In this document: positions 23,221 through 36,000 of the stretch, one piece after another
Layout: each line of letters opens with the position of its first letter
Numbering within the stretch: the first letter of the stretch is position 1
DNA from: Octopus sinensis
Lineage: Eukaryota
Direction of reading: 5' to 3'
Assembly: GCF_006345805.1 (NCBI RefSeq)
Contig: NC_042999.1
Span: forward strand, 45,136,001 to 45,200,000
DNA: 64,000 bases
Program-made: the position numbers and the translations under genes
The notes under the pieces: generated by a model
What the model was told of the DNA's origin: nothing
The model's database searches: none
Seen by the model: the letters and a program-made list of their open reading frames with translations, nothing else

Positions 23221-26013
23221 TCACTTGTCCTGCCTGGTCTTCTCACGTACAGAATATTTCCAAAGGTCTCGGTCGCTGGTCATTTCCTCAGTGAGGCCTA
23301 AAGTTCGAAGGTCGTGCTTCACCACCTCGTCCCAGGTTTTCCTGGGTCTACCTCTTCCACGGGTTCCCTCAACTGCTAAGGATTGGCACTTTCTCACACA
23401 CCTATCTTCATCCATTCTCGCCACATGACCATACCAGCGCAATCGTCTCTCTTGCACACCACAACTGATGCCTCTTAGGTACAACATTTCTCTCAAGGTG
23501 CTAACGCTCTGTCGAGTATGTACACTGACATTACACATCCATCGGAGCATACTGGCTTCATTCCTCACGAGCTTACGCATGTCCTCGGCAGTCACGGCCC
23601 ATGTTTCACTGCCATGTAGCATGGCTGTTCGTACACACACATCATACAGTCTGCCTTTTACTCTGAGCGAGAGGCCTTTAGTCACCAGCAGAGGTAAGAG
23701 CTCCCTAAACTTTGCCCAGGCTATTCTTATTCTAGCAGTTACACTTTCAGCGCACCCACCCCCACTACTGACTTGGTCACCTAGATAACGGAAGCTATCA
23801 ACTACTTCTAGTTTTTCCCCCTGGAAAGTGACGGAAGTTGTTTTCTGCAGATTTTCGGAGGTTAATGCTCCAGAGCATTTGCCACATACAAAAACTATCT
23901 TCCCAGTTAGCCTACCTTTGACATTGCTGCACCTCTTATGTGTCCATAGCTTACACTGGGTACATCTTATAGAGTTTCTACCTACACTTTTCTACAGATC
24001 GAGCAGGGCCATCTTCCTGAAGACATTTGTGGATTGTCTACCTTCCTACTTATTAGTACTTTGGTTTTAGCTAGGTTGACTCTAAGGCCCCTCGATTCTA
24101 AACCCTCCTTCCACACCTGGAACTTCTCCTCCAGCTCTGATAGTGACTCAGCAATAAGAGCAAGGTCGTCAGTGTAGAGGAGCTCCCAGGGACAACCTGT
24201 CTTGAATTCCTCCGTAATTGCCTGGAGGACTATGATAAATAGGAGGGGGCTGAGTACTGAACCCTGGTGGACCCCAACCTCTACTTTGAATTCTTCTGTG
24301 TACATGTTGCCAACCCTAACCTTACTTACGGCATCTCTGTACATGGCTTGCACAGTCCTCACCAGCCATTCATCTATACCCAGTTTCCTCATTGACCACC
24401 AGATAAGGGATCGGGGGACCCTATCAAAAGCTTTCTCCATGTCAACAAAAGCCAGGTACAGGGGCTTATCTTTGGCTAGGTATTTCTCCTGCAGCTGCCT
24501 TACCAGGAATATAGCATCAGTGGTACTTTTCCCTGACACGAACCCAAACTGCATCTCATCTAAACTAACTCTCTCTCTAATTAGTTGGGCTATGACCCTC
24601 TCCGTAACCTTCATTACTTGATCCAACAGCTTGATACCTCTGTAATTATTTGTATCTAGGGCATCACCTTTACCTTTGTAGCAGTTGACTAGTGTGCTGC
24701 TACACCAGTCATTGGGTATGACTCCTTCGTGTATCACCTGGTTGACTATACGGGTGACCAGGCTATAGCCGACACTGCCAGATATTTTGAGCATCTCTGC
24801 AGTAATTCCTGATGGGCCTGGGGCTTTCCCTGTCTTCATGCTTCTAATTGCCTTAGCTACCACGGAACTATCAACTCGGATAGCTGGTCCCTCTGTTGGG
24901 TCAACATTCGGCAGACTCTCTTTATCCCATTCATTTTCTTTATTCAGCAACCTTTCATAGTGGCATCTCCAAACCTCTCTCTTTGCATCCTCATTTAGCG
25001 CAAGTGAACCATCATCCATGCGAACACACTTCTCTCCTACCACATCACGATTCTCTCTCACACACTGTCTTGCAACACGAAATACCTCAAGTCTTTCATC
25101 CTCACGGCTCAGAATATTGGCAAATTTTTTCTTATCCGCTTCCCCTCTGGCTAGATAAACCTGTCTCCTAGCTTCCCTTCTGGCTGTCTGATACAATTCC
25201 CTGCTACCACCATTCTTCCAGTCCTTCCAAGCCTGTCTCTTTTGTCTAATAGCCCCGTCAACCACAGTGTTCCACCACCATGTTACTCTGGGTCGAGATG
25301 GTACTTTGCTCCATCCACAGATCTGGTCAGTGGCTGTCAGCAGATTGTCCCGTAGGAATCTCCAGTTGTCTTCCACATTTAGTGAAGCTATATCCCCTTC
25401 TATTTCGTCAAAGGCCTTGAGTAGTATGTCTCTAAATCTCTGTCCATTTGCAGGATGTTTAAGCTTCCAGACCCTTCTCCTCCAAGCTGGTCTTCTTCTG
25501 GGCAACCATTTAGCTCTGATCCTGAAGTCGCTAACCACTAATCTATGTTGGGGAGTACATTCTTCGCCTGGAAAGGTTTTGGCATTTATAATCAGCCCTC
25601 TTTCCCTTTTTCTGGCAAGGATGTAGTCAATCTGGCTGGTGTGTCTGCCAGAACGGTAGGTGACTAGGTGAGAGGTGGGTTTCCTGAAGTTGGTATTGCA
25701 GACCATAAGGTCATTTGCATCGCAGAACTCCAGCAGCCTGGTTCCCTCCTCATTACGAGAGCCAAAACCGTAGCCTCCATGGATGCCATGGAAGCCCCCG
25801 ACATGTCGTCCAACATGTCCATTGAAATCACCTGCCACGAAGAGAAGGTCACTGTCATTTGTCAATGAGGCAGTCCGCAATAGGGTGTCATAGAATTGGT
25901 CTTTTTGTCCTTCCGGTAGCCCTGGTTGAGGGGCATATGCCGAGATGATGGTAGCTGTCCTATGGTGAAGGACTAATCTAATTTTAATTATTCTGTCACT
26001 TACTCTGACTACC

Positions 26014-26015
<2 letters not shown>
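23221..26015 (-). pseudogene. RTE ORF2 endonuclease/reverse transcriptase with a single 1-nt deletion at ~23988
   Basis: ORF 23982-26105 plus a downstream frame open from the frameshift to the stop at 23221. The sister copy reads CRKGIGRN where this one reads CRKV*. Confidence 0.93.
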
Positions 26016-26074
<59 letters not shown>

Positions 26075-26080
26075 ATGTAT

Positions 26081-27510
26081 AAGTAGGAAGGCAGACAAAC
26101 CACAAATCCCTTCAGGTAGATGGCTGTGCTTGATCTGTAGAAAAGGCATAGGTAGAAACTCCATAAGATGTACCCAGTGTAAGCTATGGACACATAAGAG
26201 GTGCAACAATATCAAAGGAAGGCTAACTGGGAAGATAGTTTTTGTGTGTGGTATATGCTCAGGTGCTATAAACACAGAAAATGTGAAGAGAATAGCTTCT
26301 GTCACATCCCAGGGAGAAAAACTAGAAGTAGTTGATAGCTTTCATTACCTAGGGGGCCAAGTCAGTAGCAGGGGTGGATGCTCTGAAAGTGTAATTGCTA
26401 GAATAAGAATAGCCTGGGCAAAGTTCAGAGAGCTCCTACCTCTGCTGGTGACAAAGAGACTCTCGCTCAGACTAAAAGGTAGACTGTATGACGCATGTGT
26501 GTGAACAGCCATGCTACATGACAGTGAAACATGAGTGATGACTGCTGAGGACATGCATAAGCTTGCAAGGAATGAAGCCAGTATGCTCTACTGGATGTGT
26601 AATGTCAGTGTGCATACACGTCAGAGTGTAAGCGCCCTGAGAGAAAAATTGGATTTAAGAAGCATCAGATGTGGTGTGCAAAAGAGACAATTGTGCTGGT
26701 ATGGTCATGTGTTGTGAATGAATGAGGACAGCTGTGTGAAAAAGTGTCACACCCTAGAAGTTGAGGAAGCCTGTAGAAGAGGCAGACCCAGGAAATCCTG
26801 AGATGAGGTGGTGAAGCACGACCTTCGAAAATTGGGCCTTACCGAAGCAATGACTAGTGACTGGGACCTTTGGAGATATGCTGTGATTGAGAAGACCAGA
26901 CAAGCCAAGTGAAACCATAGTCCATGACCTATGCCAGTGGTTGTAACCAGCCCATTTATAAATACCCCTCGTTCATTGGACAATAAACCTTGCTTGTGAA
27001 GACCTATTGAGGCAAGTGTAAACAAATCAAAATCGCTGACATGGCCGATGACAGGTCTACTAGTGCCAGTGGAACGTTAAAAGAAGCATATCCGAGTGTG
27101 ATTGGATCCTGTGCCACTGACACATGAAAAGCACTATTCGAGTGTGATTATTGCCAGCTGCGCCTTACCAGCACATGTGCCGATGGCACATGCAAAAACA
27201 ACATTCGAGCAACATTCGAGCAACATTCGAGTGTGCTGCCACACTGGCTCCGGTGCAGGTAGCATGTAAAAACACCTTTTGAGCATGGTTGTTGCCTGCC
27301 CGACTGGCTCTCATGCTGGTGGCATGTAAAAAGCACCCACTACACTCTCGAAGTGGTTGGCATTAGGAAGGGCATCTAGCTGTAGAAACTTTGCCAGATC
27401 AGATTGGAACCTGGTGCAGCCTCTGGCTCACCAGTCCTCAGTCAAACCGTCCAACCCATGCCAGCATGGAAAGCGGACGTTAAACGATGATGATGATGAT
27501 GCTGATGATG
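26081..27510 (+). mobile_element. Second, older 5'-truncated copy of the same RTE, head-to-head with the first
   Basis: ICRKGIGRNSIRCTQCKLWTHKRC..LEVVDSFHYLG..RLRW-like motifs with stops, a 3' UTR and a (GAT)n tail at ~27485-27510. Confidence 0.95.
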
Positions 27511-27952
27511 TATGTATGTATGTATTTATGCATGTATGTATAAATGCACATGTATAAACATGCACACACATTCATGTATTTATGTAAATATAACTGGTGT
27601 TCATGTGAGTATGTGTTATATACATGTGTCTGTGCATGCACACACACACACACACGCATGCATGCACACATGCACACATACACACATGCACACCAGTTAA
27701 CCTTCTTTTACTGATGTTACTAATATGATAATATGCTCTTTTAACATTTTCTATCACTACTATTATATATCCGTTCATCCAAAACATTATAGCTGCACTC
27801 TGACCCACAACTAAAATGTTTTTCTCTATTACATCTATACAAGAATATCTATTTATTTCTTGCTCTAAAATAATTGTTGAAGTTAAAATTCTAAAGAGAA
27901 AGGGCATCAGGGTCAAACAGAAGAATTCAGCTTCGTTACAGCCATAACCGTG

Positions 27953-27992
<40 letters not shown>

Positions 27993-28217
27993 TATATAGA
28001 TATACTCTTTACTCTTTCACTTCTTTCAGTCATTTGACTGTGACCATGCTGAAGCACCACTTTTAGTCGAGCAAACTGCCCCCAGGACTTATTCTTTGTA
28101 AGCCTAGTACTTATTCTATTGCTCTCTTTTGCCGAACCGCTAAGTTTAGGGGACGTATACACCAGCATTGGTTGTCAAGCGATGTTGGTGGGGACAAACA
28201 CAGACACACAAACATAT

Positions 28218-28259
<42 letters not shown>

Positions 28260-28697
28260 GATGGGCTTCTTTCAGTTTCCTTCTACCAAATCCACTCAAG
28301 GCTTTGGTAAGCCCGAGGCTTTAGTAGAAGACACTTGCCCAAGGTGCCACTGAACCCGGAACCATGTGGTTGGTAAGCAGGCTACTTACCACACAGCCAC
28401 TCCTACGCCTATATATATATATATATATATATATAGTCAGAGCTTGGAATCTCTTTTATCTTTTTTGCTTGTTTCATTCATTGAACTGTGGCCCATACTG
28501 GGGCACTGCCTTGAAAGGTTTAACTGAAGAAAAAAAAATGTTGACTCCAGTGCACATTCTGAAGTTCTGAAATCTGCTACTTATTCTATTGGTCTCGTTT
28601 CTTGAGTTGCTAAGTTATGGGGACATGAACTAGCAAACAATTGTTATCAAGCAGTGGTGAGAAACAAACACAAACACAATGATACACACAGGCATGT

Positions 28698-28731
<34 letters not shown>

Positions 28732-31579
28732 ATATATGTGTGTATGAGTGAGCATATATCTATGTGCATACATTTGCATATGGTCTTGCAAAATGAACAC
28801 ACACACATACATACCCAATGCAAACAATCATTAGAAGTATTACTTAAAAGTTTATGACAGGCTTGGACATCTACACATTTTGCATCTATCAAATTCGCTC
28901 AGATGTTGGTTGAGCTAGGGCCAAAGTAGAAGGCAATTTCCCTATATACTACATAGTAGGACTGAACCCCAAACCGCATGGTTGCTAAGCAAGCTTCTTA
29001 ACCACACAGCCATGCCTGCATCTATAATAAAATCATGAGTATAAAATAGAAAAGGTGTATAACATACATAAGTATGGGGTGCAAACCAAGGTTCAAAGTT
29101 TTTGTTACGAATAAGGTTGATTTTTACAATCTTAATATCAAAACAAAAACAGGTATTGTAATGATTATTATTGTTATATTTGTACATCAATCAAATCAGA
29201 TAAATCAAATTATGGAAAAATAATGTTTCAAATCAGTCCAAAAATATTTCTACACTCATTAATTTTGGTGATGAAGTTTTTCAGAAAGATGTTCAAATCA
29301 TTTTCATTGCCTCACAAAAACTTTAGTGGGTGTGCTTACTCTCCCTGCATGCCCTGTTCCCAAGCCTGTGATATCACGTTAGAGCTGTTGTTTTTAACTA
29401 TTATTTTCTGGCATATTTGTGTGTCTCGTATGTTGTACAGGTAAGTATGTAAGGTAAATTACCTACTCGAGTCATGTCAACCCATAAGGGCTGTTTTCCT
29501 GGTTTAATGGCGCATAAATTCCCCACCTGAATGGGCCACTGGTCTATTGCAGAATCACTCTTTTTTGCCAGCTGAGTGGACTAGAGCAATGTGAAATTAA
29601 GTGTTTTTCTCAAGAACACAATGTGTTGTTTGGTTCAGGAATCAAAACCACAATCTTACAATCTTGAGCCCAACACCCTAACCACTAAGCCCCCGTGACC
29701 CCACTGTTGTACAGGTTGTGAATCATGTTTTTGTTTTGGGTTGGAAAATGCCAGAATATTTGGCAAACATTAGTAGATTTCATGAATTTCACCCATACAT
29801 GTTTACCATGTGTATCTCCGTTTTTAGACTAGATACACCACATGTTTGCATGTCATAAGTAATGACTACATGGGTTGGCAAAAAGGATCTCCAGCCACAA
29901 AATGTTGCCTCAGAAAAAACTATCCAATTCCATCACAGAATGGAAAAACGGATATAAAATTCTGCTGGTGTTGTTGCTGAGGTATGACACTAGTGCATGC
30001 ATTTTTCTTTGCAGAAAAACGCTATGCATGCGCAATTTCCAATATTTTCTTTCCATATAAGAAAATTCTAAAAAGCTGATGGCATGCTGCAACACTTTTA
30101 GCAGCTTATTCTGTGTGAAGGTGTGTGGCTGACTAGTTAGCATGTTTAGCTTGTGATCATAAAGTTCTCGGTTCTCTTCCTGGACTGGGCAGTGTGTTGT
30201 GTTCTTGAGCAAGGCACTTCATTTCACATTGCTCCAGTTTACTCAGCTGTAAATTAATACCAGCTGAATGCTGATGTAGTTGTCTGTCTGCCTGTCTGCC
30301 TCTCTTTCTCACTCTCTTTCCGTTCCACTGTGACATCCTGGATGTACTTCCGGATTAAGATGGAAGAAGTGGCCTAGAGAGTACTTATGTCTACTTGCAG
30401 TTGCTCCTAATACAATAAAGAGATAGCTAGCAGTACTTTGTACTCGTTCAGTGTAGTGTGGATCAAAACAGAAAGAGGTTTTTAAAAAAAATCACTGCTT
30501 CCCCCTCCTTCTCCTCCTCCTCCCTCCCTCACCTCCTCTTCATCCCCTCATCCCTTCCTCAACTCCCCCTCCCCCTCCTAAGTTTCCTTTTCAAGTCATA
30601 CTGACTCATAAGGGCCAGTTTCCTGGTTTTCGTGGCATATATCTTTCCCACCTTGATGGGACGCCAGTCCGTCACAGGATTACTCATTTTTGCTGCCTGT
30701 TGAGTGGACTGGAGCAACATGAAATGAAGTGTTTTGCTCAAGCGCCCAACGGGTCAGCCAGTCCAGGAATTGAAACCACAATCTTATGATCAGGAGTCAA
30801 ACACCCTAAGAGTTAAGTCACACACCTCCATTATTTTCAGAGTAACAATTTAGGGTAGATGTGAAAGGCTAGATCTGGCCAGTGTGAATATAAAATGGGT
30901 AAAATATTTGGGTCAGCTATTGCCATCTCGAATGGCTCATGCTCAGTTGGTGTCTCTTTATCCAGTCTCTGGGGTTTCTCTATATTCAATGCTCATGCTC
31001 CACACCCTGGCACCATTACGCTTCTTTCTCATGATTTGTACATTCTTTTAATTTTTTTATTCTTTTAATTGCTTCAGTCATTTGACTGCAGCCATGCTGG
31101 AGCACCACTTTTAGTCTAACAAATTGATCCCAGGACTTATTCTTTGTAAGCCTAGTACTTATTCTATTGATCTCTCTTGCCGAACCGCTAAGTGACAGGG
31201 ATGTAAACACACCAGCATCAGTTATCAAGCGATGTTGGGGGAACAAACACAGACACAGAAACGTACATACACACACACACACACACGTATATACGATGAG
31301 CTTCTTTCAGTTTCCGTCTACCAAATCCATTCAAAAGGTTTTGGTCGGCCTAAGGCTATAGTAGAAGACACTTGCCCAAGGTGCTGCAAAGTGGGACTGA
31401 ACCTGGAACCATGTGGTTAGTAAGCAAGTTATTTACAACACAGCCATTCCTGCGTCTATGTATATTTTTCCCCAGAGATACATAAATAGAGAGAAGGAAG
31501 AAAGGAAGAAAGAAATAAAGGGGGAGAGAGAGAGGACGGGGAAAGAGACTGAGAGATAGAGCGACAGAGGGAGAAGTTC

Positions 31580-31720
31580 ATTGTTGCCAACCAAGGAAAC
31601 AGTTTAATAATTCCTTAAATTTCGCTACTCCTTCTTTACTCTAGCTTTCCTTATGCTTTCACTACAACCATCTCCATCACTAATTCGATCATATAGGTAA
31701 CAAAAAATTATTAACAATGT
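31580..31720 (-). mobile_element. Ancient RTE relic
   Basis: Minus strand DGDGCSESI..ARV..KFKELL matches GGGCSESV.ARIRIAWAKFRELL. Confidence 0.5.
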
Positions 31721-32649
31721 CTAGTGAGCTGTATGAGCCGTACATTGATTTCTTTTGATTAGTGCTCCGACTGCTAACTACCCCCATGTATATAACACAT
31801 TTGAATTCCTGATATAAATATATCTATACACTAATTCACCCACCCACATACAACATACACACTCACACACATCCCTTTTATATATGATTATATTCCTAAC
31901 TAGTATAGACAGTGAGTGTGTTTCTATTGATTTTCAAAATGAGAATTCAATGTATTTTGTGAAATAACCATATTTTATTGGTATATTAAGCTGGTTGTTA
32001 GAATACATTTTAAAAGGTTCTTGCATAAAATTGTGATTGAAATTTTCCCTCAAGTTATTATTTATGCAATAACAAGATTTTTGGTAGAGATATTAATTTC
32101 AATATGGAAACTTTAATATGGACTTTAATATGGTTTCAAGCAGTTTGGTAACTTAGGCTAGGTATATGCCAAAATGCAGATATAAAATCAACACAGATTT
32201 GTTGATATAAAATATTTGATGTATCAGTCTTTGTTAAATTTCACTGTTTGATAAGCATTCTCAGTTCATACTTCCTAAATAGAAACATTGTCCTCATTTT
32301 AACCCTTTTGATACCAACATGCCCAAAAACTGCCCAGGTTCTATGACATAAACTTCCAGTTTTAAATGAATCTAAATGAAAACTTCTCACCAAAATTTTG
32401 TTAATTCATATTTCAGACATTAGCTTAATAAGGACAAAGTGATTTTAGTAAGTTATACATTATTATCAAAATTAATTGAAGCAACGGTAATATATTTCAA
32501 CAGAAATATGGTAACAAATGGTTTAAAGTATGTAGGGATTTATAGATTTGGTATTTTTCTTCTATATTGACCAAGTTCATAGGGGCTCTTACACTGGTAG
32601 CATTTCTGGTTGTGTCCCTACCATAGTTATTATAAGAAATATTACTGTA

Positions 32650-32911
32650 AAATTATGGAGATGTACTTGCATAGCAAGTGACCTGATCAGAGATTGTGTG
32701 CTGGAATGAAAACAATTGCAGCATGGAAGGTGTTTATAAGCCATTTAAGAAACACACACAAAAAACCCCGTTAGATTCACTTCAACATTTGAATTTAATT
32801 TGCCAAAATATTTTCGTCACTTTGAGCACGGAATTTTGTCAGTGAACAGGTCACGGTCTCAAAGCGAAGAAAATATTTTGGCAAATTAAATTTAAATGTT
32901 GAAGTGAATCT
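32650..32911. mobile_element. Inverted-repeat element carrying a G3-C8 hammerhead motif (same family as 57112-57425)
   Basis: The arms 32770-32825 and 32855-32911 are reverse complements. Plus strand TTTGTCA-GTGAACA-G-GTCAC..GCGAA-GAAA-ATATTT-TGGCAAA at 32835-32885. Confidence 0.75.
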
Positions 32912-33271
32912 ATTGTAAAATGTAGATGTTAAAATGTGATATGTCAATTTGAAAAACTCTAGAAAGCTGTTGGTAAAGATAGGACTATTCCATCAAGTTG
33001 GATGATGCTCTTTTGCCGGTGTGAATGATACAAATTCACTTTGTATACTAGATGCTCCATGATCTGGTTAATTTAATAATCACTTTACAGAGACGCACTT
33101 GTCTCAGGCTGAGTGTTGAATATCGCACATATTGGCCATTTAAGAACACAAAAAAACTGTTAACTTCACTTAAACATTTATTATTTGGTGTCACACTTTC
33201 TGTTGTACTATTTGCAACATGGTCACTGATATGATTCAACTACAACCCAATAATCTCTTTTCCCTCTAGAA

Positions 33272-33600
33272 CTATGGATCCTGAGGATCCATATAAGACT
33301 TTGGGGTCCACCACGTGACAAAATAATAAATTGGAGGTTTACAAAAATATTTCAAAGGGCTCTGTAAAGATTTTACTTTAGATGTATGTATTATTGTGTA
33401 TTGTAAGAAACAGTGAGGTTTCTTTCTCTAACATTTTACATAGTTCAACCTGCACAAGTTAATGTATGGAAAACGAAGTAAGAATTTTGAAAGAAGTGTC
33501 TATAAAACTAGTTTATAAACATTGAATGACTACAGGGATCCACCAGAATAAAATAGCAATCAAAGGGGTCTATAGGTAAAAAAATGGTTGAGAACACCTG
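33272..33600. mobile_element. hAT/Charlie-type non-autonomous element
   Basis: CTCTAGAA at 33264-33271 and 33601-33608; right end GGTTGAGAACACCTG; left TIR degraded. Confidence 0.65.
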
Positions 33601-33723
33601 CTCTAGAAGAAAGAAATTAAAGTACCTTAGGGACTAGAAAGTACATTTCCAAACATTCTTTTTCAGATTTCAGTTATTGGCCTGCATCTATACTGGGGCA
33701 CCACTTCAACAGTTTCACCCAGT

Positions 33724-33768
<45 letters not shown>

Positions 33769-33958
33769 TATATATATATATATATATATGTTATTAATAT
33801 TTGGGAAGTTTTTTCTGAGTCCACTTTTTCCTAATTTTATTCCACATTTCTGTTCATTATTTACTAAAGTAAAATTATTCCAACAACTTCTAGTTATATA
33901 ATTTTAGTTTGTCATGTCTTGATATACGATGTAAATAGCAAAATAAGTGCATATAAAA

Positions 33959-34063
33959 TAGACCTGATGATTGGCAATATAATCATTTTGATATGGTATT
34001 GTATAGAAAAATTCTATTTCTGCAATATCGAGGAATATGTTGTTACGAAACGCGCATAGTCTA
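33959..34063 (+). ncRNA. Type-I hammerhead with a long extended stem II
   Basis: TAGAC-CTGATGA-[~76-nt hairpin]-GAAA-CGCGCATA-GTCTA. Stem I TAGAC/GTCTA is perfect. It lies in a segment flanked by (TA)n on both sides. Confidence 0.75.
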
Positions 34064-34190
34064 GATAATGTAAAGTATATGATTTGTAATAGGAATTGAA
34101 TGTATTAATTTTGATAATTTGGAATAAGAATTGTAGGTATTAATTTTGATAATTTTAATAATTAGTCCTATATGTACCTATCATGGATAA

Positions 34191-34260
<70 letters not shown>

Positions 34261-34499
34261 TTTCCAGTATTTAGTTTTGTAGTCATTTTATCAATCTTTA
34301 TTTATTCAACAGTTAACATATTCTTTGAGAGTTTCGTGTATGATTTTTCTTTGAGTTTTATTTAAGTACTTCTTAACTAGTCGCTAACAAAGTAATAAGA
34401 CTTTTTGAGTTAAGAGAGTTCTGTGTTTGTAAATATGTGGTTGATTTGGTGTGTAGGTTAAACTGTCGATGCATACAACCAAGTGTGTGCATCTGTTCA

Positions 34500-34722
34500 C
34501 ATAAGAATCTCACATGGAGAATTTTCGAATGCCTTACAGATCTTCCCTGCATCACTACAAGATTGGATTTGAAGAATCTGCATCAGTTTCTTTAGCTCTT
34601 TCTTCATGAAACAACGTATTTCTAGGTTGTTGTGCAAATTTGTTGGTATGTAGCCTAATGGTGGGTACAAATGAGAATTTATAGTCAGAGTACAAGAGCT
34701 GTAAGTTCTGCATCAACTCACA
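34500..34722 (-). mobile_element. RLE-type LINE C-terminal fragment
   Basis: Minus-strand ELMQNLQLLYSDYKFSFVPT..GYIPTNL..LKKLMQILQIQS..GKICKAF; abuts (TATG)n. Confidence 0.7.
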
Positions 34723-34784
34723 TGTATGTATGTATGTATGTATGTATGTATGTATGTATGTATGTATGTATGTATGTATGTCCA

Positions 34785-35238
34785 CCTTATTAGAATGAAG
34801 GATAGAAGGATTCCTAAGCAGATGCTCTATGGAGAACTTGTGAATAGAAGGAGACTCCGGCAGAAACCAAAGCTGTGATTTAAGGACTTTGTCAAGTCCT
34901 CATTAAAGGCCTGTGATATGCAGGACACTGACTGGGAGAACAATGCCTGTCATCGCCACAGATGGAGGAAGCAGGTTAAGGAGGGGACCGACACTTTTGA
35001 GAGAGCACGTATCCAGCATGAAGAACTTAAGCGAGCTGCGTGAAAGCACACGGCTCATATGGTGAATGGGAAAAGCTTGGTCTGCAATGTTTGCAGTTGT
35101 GTATGCTTGTCAAGAGCAGGGCTCATTAGCCGCCAACAGAGCCGCAAATGCAAAATATAAGTTAGTCCTAGAGCGCACAATGTTCCTGAAGGACGGCAAT
35201 GGTCTTCCTCGGTCACGAGTGGACAGCCATCATCCATC
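34785..35238 (+). mobile_element. BovB/RTE-like LINE 3' fragment with TSD
   Basis: RMKDRRIPKQMLYGEL..KPKL*FKD..CNVC..CLSRAGLISRQ; TSD ATGTATGTCCA at 34774-34784 and 35239-35249. Confidence 0.85.
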
Positions 35239-35249
35239 ATGTATGTCCA

Positions 35250-35725
35250 TTATTCAGTTTATTTTAAGGTTTCTTGCCAATAGAGAAAGAACCGGTTTCT
35301 AACCTAGATCCAAGACTCCTTCACTGGAATTTCAACATCAACAGGGTATTTTTGTATGTACATAAGTATATGTGCAGATTTGTACATTTTGTTTAATGTA
35401 TGTATTCACATGCATATAGTTGCATATACAGAAATGCACATACATACTTAAATGATAAACTTCTGGAAAGTTTTTCAGATTTCTACAGTTTCAGTGATAG
35501 TTTGGATCTGTAGTCTTCGAATCAGCTTTCTCTTTTCTGGTTTTGAGAAGCCTAATTTCTCAAGATTGGTATTCTGCTTTCTTAAATGGGCAGTTTTTTC
35601 TCAGGTACAGACCTCCATGTGAAAAACACGAACTCATTTCCTGGTTTTTGTCCTGTTTGTACTGTATTTTAGTACACACTTGATTTCTATTCTGCCTGTT
35701 TCGCATTTGTTTCACTTGGGAGTAA
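35250..35725 (-). mobile_element. RLE-type LINE 3' end (family related to 34500-34722)
   Basis: Minus-strand NLEKLGFSKPEKRKLIRRLQIQTITETVEI*KTFQKFI; the 3' end runs into CATACAT. Confidence 0.75.
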
Positions 35726-35814
35726 TCTTTATGTTCAACTTTTTCTGTGTATTCTCTTAAAATTTACTATTCTTTCACACTATCTTGACTTAAATTTACT
35801 ATTCTTTCACACTC

Positions 35815-36000
35815 TTCTGACAATTGTTGTAAGGTTACAGCTTGATTTTTTTCCCGCTTAGCAAGAATTCTTGTTCTTCTGTCTTTTTCTGAAGTTAGTC
35901 CCTGAGTGAATATCAGGCACTTGAACATATCTGGCGTTAATTCGTCACATTCTTTGCCACCACTGAAATTTTCTGTCAGGCTGTTATAAAGTCCACTCCT
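35815..36000 (-). mobile_element. Gypsy gag fragment
   Basis: Minus-strand LTPDMFKCLIFTQGLTSEKDRRTRILAK..VTLQQLSEEC matches a Gypsy gag motif (FKCLIFVQGL..IRxRIL..LTLQ). Confidence 0.75.

Larger units (their letters stand above)
22133..26016 (-). mobile_element. Young 5'-truncated RTE-clade LINE (EN-RT-PHD, 3' UTR, (GAT)n tail)
   Basis: APE motifs SAYAPQ, GDFNGHVG and SQIDYIL; RT motifs NYRGIKLL, QFGF..GKSTTDAIF, FVDMEKAFDRV, GVHQGSVLSPLLF and YTDD. Both junctions lie in (TA)n. Confidence 0.97.

Noticed and set aside
22165-23301. 378-aa repetitive ORF
   Set aside because: Antisense read-through of the 198-bp UTR tandem array.
27690-27916. Minus-strand open frame after a strong acceptor-like tract
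   Set aside because: No recognisable peptide, no convincing donor and no partner exons.
29223-29446. ORF ending at a perfect donor CAG|GTAAGT
   Set aside because: The donor is created by a SINE C tail; the TSD TGTTGTACAGGT recurs after the SINE at ~29706.
31630-31705. Apparent 52-nt exon with good acceptor and donor
   Set aside because: The opposite strand is an RTE relic (GCSESI..ARV..KFKELL).
35268-35345. Hammerhead-like GAAACCGGTT on the minus strand
   Set aside because: No 3-8-paired core upstream; better explained as a LINE 3' UTR stem-loop.
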